The notes under the pieces were generated by a model. That model saw only the letters and a program-made list of their open reading frames with translations, made no database searches and was not told the origin of the DNA. A DNA stretch of 10,855 bases, from positions 1 through 10,855 of the forward strand of contig JBBRLQ010000067.1 in NCBI GenBank assembly GCA_038231275.1. Reading direction: 5' to 3'. This document shows, in pieces, positions 6,100 through 10,855 of this stretch (position 1 is its first letter; each line of letters opens with the position of its first letter). The DNA comes from Polyangiales bacterium. GTDB lineage: Bacteria > Myxococcota_A > Polyangia > Polyangiales > Polyangiaceae. A program made the translations under genes and the position numbers.

Positions 6100-7058
6100 G
6101 ACGCCACCCGACGCGCGGTCGCCGTGGCGATCGCGGTGAGGCTGTACGCCGCCGCGGCGGCGCCGAAGACGAGGGCGGCGAGCGCCGCGAGCCATCCGAG
6201 CGCGGGCGACCGCTCCGTCGCCGGCAGCGTGTCGGGCGCGTCGTCGACGCCGCACGCGCCCATGCGGATGCACGCGTCGTCGTTCCAGAACGCGACGAAG
6301 CGCAGCGGCACGCGGTCGTCGTAGACAGGCGCGAGACCCCACGCGTTCGCGGTCGATGGATGCGCAATCGCGGCGCCGTAGTGAAACCGGCACGCGAGCG
6401 GATCGGCGAGGACCTCGCGGGCGAAGTGCGCGAGATGCGCGATGCCGCAGGCGAGCGAGTTCTCAGGCACCCACAACACGGCGCGGTAGAGCGAGGGATC
6501 GACCCCCGCGAACAGATCCGGCCGTACCATCGTCGCGACGCCGACAAGCGTCTGCATGAGGCCGTGCGAGGAGTGCATGCCGCGGCTCGCGCGCCAGTCC
6601 TCGGCGTCGCGGGCGAAGTCGCCCGGATCACTCTCGCCCGTCCGACGGGGGTAGCCGCGCTCGGTGCGCGGCGCGCGCACGTAGCCGTCCCGGTCGGGGG
6701 CGACGTCGCCGGCTTCGCATGCGAGCGTGGCCAGGACGAAGCGCTCGTCGATGCCGAGCGGATCGGCCACGGCGCGCACGGTCTCGCTCCAGCGCGCGGC
6801 GAGGTGAATCATCGTCCGCGGCGCCTTCTCGGTGCGGAGGATCCATCCGTCGCCGTCGCCGGCACGCGACCAGGTGAGGCCGATGCGCGCGAGGGGGAGC
6901 TCGACGAAGCCCGCGCCGGTGTTCACGCGCGCCGTCGCGAGCGGCGGCGCGGCGGGATCGGCGCCACGCAGGCGGAGCGCGCCTGTCTCGTCGAGGCGGT
7001 GCTCGAGCACGGAGCTCGGCGAGAGGCGGCGCCAAGCGAAGGGTTCAAGGGACAACAT
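6096..7058 (-). CDS. Lytic transglycosylase (SLT/lysozyme-like fold) with C-terminal membrane anchor, 320 aa
   Basis: Catalytic helix VLATLACE (Glu at 6714-6716), SHGLMQ motif (GLMQ 6552-6563), LWVPENSLACGIAHL segment, HYGA in place of AYNAG, and TM LGWLAALAALVFGAAAAAYSL. Start ATG 7058 with GGAG upstream. Confidence 0.85.
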   Translation of the reverse strand: MLSLEPFAWRRLSPSSVLEHRLDETGALRLRGADPAAPPLATARVNTGAGFVELPLARIGLTWSRAGDGDGWILRTEKAPRTMIHLAARWSETVRAVADPLGIDERFVLATLACEAGDVAPDRDGYVRAPRTERGYPRRTGESDPGDFARDAEDWRASRGMHSSHGLMQTLVGVATMVRPDLFAGVDPSLYRAVLWVPENSLACGIAHLAHFAREVLADPLACRFHYGAAIAHPSTANAWGLAPVYDDRVPLRFVAFWNDDACIRMGACGVDDAPDTLPATERSPALGWLAALAALVFGAAAAAYSLTAIATATARRVAS

Positions 7059-7518
7059 CGGCAAAATCTCCAAACGGGTACGCGACCCCAAAGACGTGGA
7101 CGACGCCGGCGATCCGCGTCGGTGCGGCGTACGCCGGGGCATACGGGTGAAGAGGCACGAGCTCCGGTGCGGTGGCTTCCGGCTCGAGGTCGGCCGACCA
7201 GGCGTCGGCGATGCGGACGTCTTCGGTGAGGGCGCGCGTGAGCGACGCGGAGCGCGTCGGCGTCGCCGCGACCCACAGGAGCCATTCGAGATCCGCGGGC
7301 TTCGGCACGTCACCGCCGCGGAGCCATCCGGCGGGCGGCAGTGGCCACGCCCGGACGTCGCGGAAGCCGACGTCCTCGAGCGCGTGGGTGAGGTGAGCGA
7401 TTCCGCCCGCCGCGAGCACGCTCACGACGGACGGATGCACGACGAGAACGGCGTGCAGGCGTTCGCCCTCGCTCACCTCCAGGCGGTCAGCCGACAGATG
7501 CACGGCTCTCCGCCTCAC
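7045..7518 (-). CDS. Hypothetical protein, 152-157 aa
   Basis: Fills the gap in the operon and overlaps both neighbours. Globular alpha/beta composition (LEDVGFRDVRAW, WLLWVAAT). Start is GTG 7518 or GTG 7503. Confidence 0.7.
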   Translation of the reverse strand: MRRRAVHLSADRLEVSEGERLHAVLVVHPSVVSVLAAGGIAHLTHALEDVGFRDVRAWPLPPAGWLRGGDVPKPADLEWLLWVAATPTRSASLTRALTEDVRIADAWSADLEPEATAPELVPLHPYAPAYAAPTRIAGVVHVFGVAYPFGDFADVVP

Positions 7519-8005
7519 GGCGCGTACGCTCGCGCCCCTCGAGCGTGTCTTTCAGATCGGGGAACTCGCGCGCGAGGTCCGCCATCGCCGCGGCGAACGC
7601 ATCTTCTTCCGCCTTCGTTTTATCGGCGGTGCCGATGAGTCGGGCGACCAGGGCCGGGATCAGAGCTTCCGCGAGCCCGCCCAGCCTCATCATGAGTGCC
7701 TCGCGCACGTAGCGCGACGCGATCACCTCCGCTTGCTGCGCCACGAAACAAGCGGCTTCTTGGTCGAGCCGCTTCGCTTTGAGCCTGAGCTCCTGGGCCT
7801 CGGCCTCGGCGTCCGACTCCTGGAGTCGTAGTCGACGACGCTCGAAGCCGAGGAGGGTCCTGACCGTGCGGTGCTCGAAGGTCAGCGGCTCTCCCAGCCG
7901 GATGATCGTCGGCTCTTCGTCGAAGACGAAGCCACTGCTGTCGTCGGTGTTCTCGTTCGCAGGCAACACGTCGCCTGCCGACTGCGTATGCGTCGTTCCC
8001 ATCAC
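7487..8005 (-). CDS. Hypothetical helical/coiled-coil protein, ~172 aa
   Basis: AAGGA RBS at 8012-8016, start GTG 8005 or ATG 8002. Charged helical segment RRRLRLQESDAEAEAQELRLKAKRLDQEAA. Confidence 0.75.
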   Translation of the reverse strand: MMGTTHTQSAGDVLPANENTDDSSGFVFDEEPTIIRLGEPLTFEHRTVRTLLGFERRRLRLQESDAEAEAQELRLKAKRLDQEAACFVAQQAEVIASRYVREALMMRLGGLAEALIPALVARLIGTADKTKAEEDAFAAAMADLAREFPDLKDTLEGRERTRREAESRASVG

Positions 8006-8035
8006 GATTGGTCCTTTCGGGTTTCGGTGGCTTCG

Positions 8036-8659
8036 TTACGGGGCGCTCGTGCCCCTCACGTTTCTTCGGTCGGCCCAGATGTCCGGGCGCTCGCGTACAA
8101 GTCCAAGTCGTTGCGCGGCGGCGCGCGGGTGCTCGCCGAAGCGGGCGTCCACGGTTGTCTCGGCCCAATGCCAGGCGCGCCCGTCATGGATGAGCGGCGC
8201 GACGTGCGAGACGGCGCCGCGGGCGTTCTTCACGCCGCGCACGCTCGCGCGGAGGCCTCCGGCGCGGGCCAGCGCCACGACGGCGCGCGCGTGGTCGTCG
8301 CAGTCCCCTGCCCTGTGCTTCAGCGTGTAGAGCGCGTGCTGGAAGGTCTCGCGCACCTCACGTACGAACCGCACCACGGCCTTCACGAACGCTTGCACGG
8401 CCTGCGCGTAGTCGAGCGGCGCGCCGTGGGCGCGGCGGATCCAGAGCGCGAGCGCGCGGAGGTTCGGGTGTCCCGCGTCGAGCGACGCGGCGCGGTTCAA
8501 GAAGTCGATGGCCTGCGCGTTGTCGGCGCACTCGAGCTCGAGGACGGGCCAACTTGCGCCGCCGTCGTTGTGCACGCCGCGGGCAAGCACGCGGCACCCC
8601 GCGCTCTCGGCCGCCCGGGCGAGCTCGTCTCCGGCAAGTTGTAGGGCCTGGGCGTTCAT
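8036..8659 (-). CDS. Transglutaminase-like cysteine protease superfamily protein, 207 aa
   Basis: Motifs QAFVKAVVRFVRE, TLKHRAGDCDDHA (Cys 8300-8302), SHVAP (His 8204-8206) and WHWAETT (Glu 8159-8161, at the usual Asp position). Start ATG 8659, 10 nt after the upstream stop. Confidence 0.88.
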   Translation of the reverse strand: MNAQALQLAGDELARAAESAGCRVLARGVHNDGGASWPVLELECADNAQAIDFLNRAASLDAGHPNLRALALWIRRAHGAPLDYAQAVQAFVKAVVRFVREVRETFQHALYTLKHRAGDCDDHARAVVALARAGGLRASVRGVKNARGAVSHVAPLIHDGRAWHWAETTVDARFGEHPRAAAQRLGLVRERPDIWADRRNVRGTSAP

Positions 8660-8669
8660 GGTCGCGACT

Positions 8670-9947
8670 TCAGTTCGGCTTGTTCGAGGGGTCTTTTTTG
8701 GGCGAGCGGATGTCGGGGATCGAGAGCGGGCCCTTTCCATCCATCAGCTTCGCGGCGAAGAATTGCGCGATACCGCCGAGGTGCGGCATGACCTGGACGA
8801 TCGCCTCCCGAATGGGATCGGGCGGGGCGGCAGGCGCCAGGGGCGCGCTCGGTGCCACGCTCCCCTCGGGCACCATGACGTACTCGTCGTCGTCGTCCTC
8901 TTCGTCTGCCTCGTCCTGGCGTTCGACGAGCTTGGTCACGAGCGCGCGGAGTTCGGCCATCTCGGGATCCGGACCCCGCCCACCCCGCCCGATCGCCTTC
9001 GCCTGGAGCTCCATCTGCACGATGCGCTCCTTGGACGCGAGGCGCTCGCGCTCCATCTGAAGGTCCATCTCCGCGCGGTAGCGCGCTTCGCGCTCCTTGG
9101 TCTCGCCGCTGATGCGCTGGAGCTCCTGATGGGACAGCGCCCGCGCCTCGGCGTGGGCGCGCGCCTCGGCGTCGCGCATGTACGTAATCACGGCCCACGG
9201 GTCCATCAGCGTTCCTAGGGCCGTCTGGGGCGCAGGAACGGGCATCGACGGAGGGGGTGGGGGTGCGGGCATCGGTACCGCCGCCGGCAACGGAGCCTCG
9301 TCCGGGAGCGGCGGGCCGGCGGCGATGGCGGAGCGTCCTTGCACGAGAAGCGCGCGCGACCGACCTACGGGGCGCCGCTTGCCGTCCTCGACCATGATGT
9401 ACTGGACGACGTACTGACCATCGCCCCAGCGGTCGGCGATGAGGTCCGCCGAGCACGTTCGGATCGGCCACTCGTTCGCGAAGATGCCGTCCCCCTTCGC
9501 GTCGAAGGTCAGAAGCTTTCGGTATCCCGAGGGCTCCAGGCGAAAGCATCGCCAGTCCGTCGCCTTCTCCGATCGCTGCCCGAGCCGCTGATCCTTCGCC
9601 ATCGCCCTACCTCGCTCCTTTGGGGTCTCCTCCCGCGCACCGCCGTCCGAGCACTCCTCGACGACGGCGGTCGGCGCCGCCGGTTCGGCCTCCCCTTCGT
9701 CTTCCTCGTCGCCTTCGTCTTCCTCGTCGTCCGTCTCGTCCTCCTCCTCGTCGTCTTCGTCACTGAGGGCGGTGGCGGCGCCGCTCGCGGCGTCCGCGGC
9801 CACCTCCCACAGCTCGACGTCGTCGCCGTCCGCGCGCGCCTTCGCCTCGTCGGCGCAGAGCGCGGCCACCGTGCTGAGTACCGAGGCCGGCCCGTGCGCC
9901 ACGAGCAGGGCTCGAAGCTCTCCAAGCTGTCGCGTTGAATCGTCCAT
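8670..9947 (-). CDS. Hypothetical acidic/Pro-rich coiled-coil protein, 425 aa (310 aa from internal start 9602)
   Basis: ATG 9947 (MDDSTRQL). Helical N-domain, D/E tract, globular domain (IADRWGDGQYVVQY), poly-Pro linker, coiled coil and a second acidic tract. Internal ATG 9602 has AAGGAG and GAGGT upstream. Confidence 0.75.
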   Translation of the reverse strand: MDDSTRQLGELRALLVAHGPASVLSTVAALCADEAKARADGDDVELWEVAADAASGAATALSDEDDEEEDETDDEEDEGDEEDEGEAEPAAPTAVVEECSDGGAREETPKERGRAMAKDQRLGQRSEKATDWRCFRLEPSGYRKLLTFDAKGDGIFANEWPIRTCSADLIADRWGDGQYVVQYIMVEDGKRRPVGRSRALLVQGRSAIAAGPPLPDEAPLPAAVPMPAPPPPPSMPVPAPQTALGTLMDPWAVITYMRDAEARAHAEARALSHQELQRISGETKEREARYRAEMDLQMERERLASKERIVQMELQAKAIGRGGRGPDPEMAELRALVTKLVERQDEADEEDDDDEYVMVPEGSVAPSAPLAPAAPPDPIREAIVQVMPHLGGIAQFFAAKLMDGKGPLSIPDIRSPKKDPSNKPN

Positions 9948-9956
9948 CGCTACTTC

Positions 9957-9975
9957 CGAGACGTCGCGCGTCTCG
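9957..9975. repeat. Inverted repeat just upstream of the first operon gene
   Basis: CGAGACG-TCGCG-CGTCTCG, perfect 7-bp arms, 9 nt from ATG 9947. Confidence 0.45.
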
Positions 9976-10001
9976 CTCCCATGAAAAGCCAACTCAGGAA
10001 A

Positions 10002-10017
10002 CTGAAGAACTGTTCCG
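10002..10017. promoter_or_regulatory. Possible LexA (SOS) box, Myxococcus type
   Basis: CTGAAG-AACT-GTTCCG matches the palindrome CTGAAC-N4-GTTCAG at 5/6 per arm. It lies in an AT-richer patch ~55 nt upstream of ATG 9947. Confidence 0.4.
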
Positions 10018-10055
10018 AACGATGGGGGTGCAAGCGCAAGTCCATGCGCGCGCCC

Positions 10056-10526
10056 CACGTGCACGGTGCGGAGAGTCACGTGCGAGCCACGCAGACCGAG
10101 CGCGTGGCTCACGCGAACGGAGCGCGTGAACCACGCGGAAGGCACGCGCGATTCACGCAAAATCCACGCGAATCACCGAGCCATTCACGTGAGGCGTGCG
10201 TGCCCGAAGACGTGATTTTTGCGTGGCTCACGCGTGGTTTCCGCGCTCCCTCCGCGTGGCTCGCGCGTGCCCTCGACGTGATTTCGGAGAGGCCCCCCGT
10301 ACCTTCCACGCTCCGTCCACGTGCCTCGCGCGTGAAGCGCGCGCGGTGCGACGTGCCCCGCGCGTGAATTCGGACGGAGGCTGCGCACCTCGCGCGTGAA
10401 TCCCGAACCTCGCTGCGCTCCGCACGCGTGACTTCGCGCGCGCACTGCGTGACCCCCGCAACGTCGCTCCGCACTTTCGCGACGGCGTTCCGCACACTTC
10501 GCGTGGCGCTTCGAAATGTGCACGTG
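10056..10526. repeat. Helically phased, mirror-symmetric CACG/CGTG array
   Basis: CACG at 10077, 10088, 10110, 10132, 10143, 10154, 10165. Palindrome TCACGTGA at 10185-10192. CGTG at 10211, 10222, 10233, 10255, 10266, 10277, then 10320, 10331, 10352, 10363, 10395, 10427, 10448, 10502, 10523. Confidence 0.85.
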
Positions 10527-10652
10527 GCGATCGCTTTTCGCGCAACATTTTTCTCCAAGGCGCCGCTGTCGTGGCCGTGCCGAACGGCACACCCCACGTG
10601 CCCCGCCCGCTCTCTCCTGTCGTCGTTCCGTGCCCCGCTCTTCATGAGGAGG

Positions 10653-10684
10653 AATCTACGGGCCCCACGCGACAGAACTTGTCA
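10653..10684 (-). promoter_or_regulatory. Putative WYL-activator-dependent promoter (PafBC/RecA-NDp-like) facing the operon
   Basis: The minus strand reads TGACAAGTTC-TGTCGC-GTGGGGCCCG-TAGATT. This is a GACA-N5-TGTC palindrome (10671-10683) plus TGTCG(C)-N10-TA-N3-T with the -10 at 10658-10653. It lies ~30 nt from a divergent HTH gene. Confidence 0.6.
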
Positions 10685-10715
10685 GGTTGGACGCCCGTGA
10701 ATTGCAGGCCCAATC

Positions 10716-10855
10716 ATGCGTGACGATGCCTCGACCCCGAAGAGCCGCTTCTTTCTCGCGCAAACCTTGGTGCGCCGTCCTGGCGGCGTGACGTTGCGCG
10801 CCCTGACGGAACGACTCGGCGTCTGCGAGCGCACCGCGCTCCGCTACCTCCGGGA
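10716..10855 (+). CDS. Helix-turn-helix transcriptional regulator, N-terminus (HTH_11/DeoR-like; probably WYL-domain family), runs off the edge
   Basis: Manual translation MRDDASTPKSRFFLAQTLVRRPGGVTLRALTERLGVCERTALRYLR matches the T..L.E.LGV..RT..RY wHTH pattern of YafY/PafB-like regulators. The WYL domain itself is outside the window. Not in the ORF track. Confidence 0.75.
   Translation, partial: MRDDASTPKSRFFLAQTLVRRPGGVTLRALTERLGVCERTALRYLR

Larger units (their letters stand above)
291..9947 (-). mobile_element. Putative morphogenesis operon of a tailless, membrane-containing provirus or virus-like element (boundaries unknown)
   Basis: 14 co-oriented, overlapping or abutting genes. They include a membrane-anchored lytic transglycosylase, a transglutaminase-like protease, several tail-anchored membrane proteins, a basic core-like protein and beta-rich capsid-like proteins. 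No tail, portal or terminase recognised. Confidence 0.7.

Noticed and set aside
5177..6631. 484-aa minus-strand ORF and similar alternate-frame ORFs (8656-9549, 7620-8168)
   Set aside because: Low-complexity Arg-rich translations that overlap better-supported genes.
7045..7058. Frameshift joining the 157-aa gene to the transglycosylase
   Set aside because: The SLT gene has its own ATG and GGAG, short overlaps are the norm in this operon, and no clear slippery heptamer was seen.
32..9938. Numerous long plus-strand ORFs in the track (e.g. 1282-2355, 2368-3363, 5074-6324, 6360-7229)
   Set aside because: They are Arg/Ala/Pro-rich antisense shadows of the minus-strand genes, as expected in very GC-rich DNA, and show no motifs.
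291..9947. Tailed prophage, tailocin or contractile injection system
   Set aside because: No recognisable terminase, portal, HK97 capsid, sheath, tube, baseplate or tape-measure gene.
10056..10526. CRISPR array interpretation of the repeat region
   Set aside because: The cores are only 4-6 bp at ~11-bp spacing. There are no 25-40-bp repeats with unique spacers and no cas genes.
10109..10645. 178-aa ORF starting at the predicted TSS (possible leaderless gene), and other ORFs over 9981-10700
   Set aside because: The translations reflect the CACG/CGTG array, whose 11-bp period is not a multiple of 3. No domain is visible. A short leaderless product cannot be fully excluded.

Overview
Very GC-rich DNA (host possibly myxobacterial; inference only). 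Most of the window is one tightly packed minus-strand operon of 14 genes (9947->291, four ATGA start/stop overlaps). It looks like the morphogenesis module of a tailless, membrane-containing (pro)virus or a domesticated virus-like particle. In transcription order it encodes: an acidic/Pro-rich coiled-coil protein, a transglutaminase-like Cys protease (GDCDD...H...E), two unknowns, a membrane-anchored lytic transglycosylase (GLMQ), four membrane proteins, a small beta protein, a basic/hydrophobic/acidic core-like protein, and three beta-rich putative jelly-roll capsid proteins. A patatin-like phospholipase starts downstream (177->edge) and a divergent HTH (probably WYL-type) regulator starts at 10716; neither is in the ORF track. 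The 770-bp gap between operon and regulator holds a possible Myxococcus-type LexA box, an 11-bp-phased, mirror-symmetric CACG/CGTG array and a PafBC/RecA-NDp-like promoter facing the operon. Many putative virion proteins share [MILV]xG and [LMIF]GD motifs at the ends of acidic segments, which suggests adenovirus-like proteolytic maturation. No packaging ATPase, integrase, replicase, terminase, portal or tail gene was recognised. Capsid and regulatory calls are pattern-based and need HMM or structure checks.
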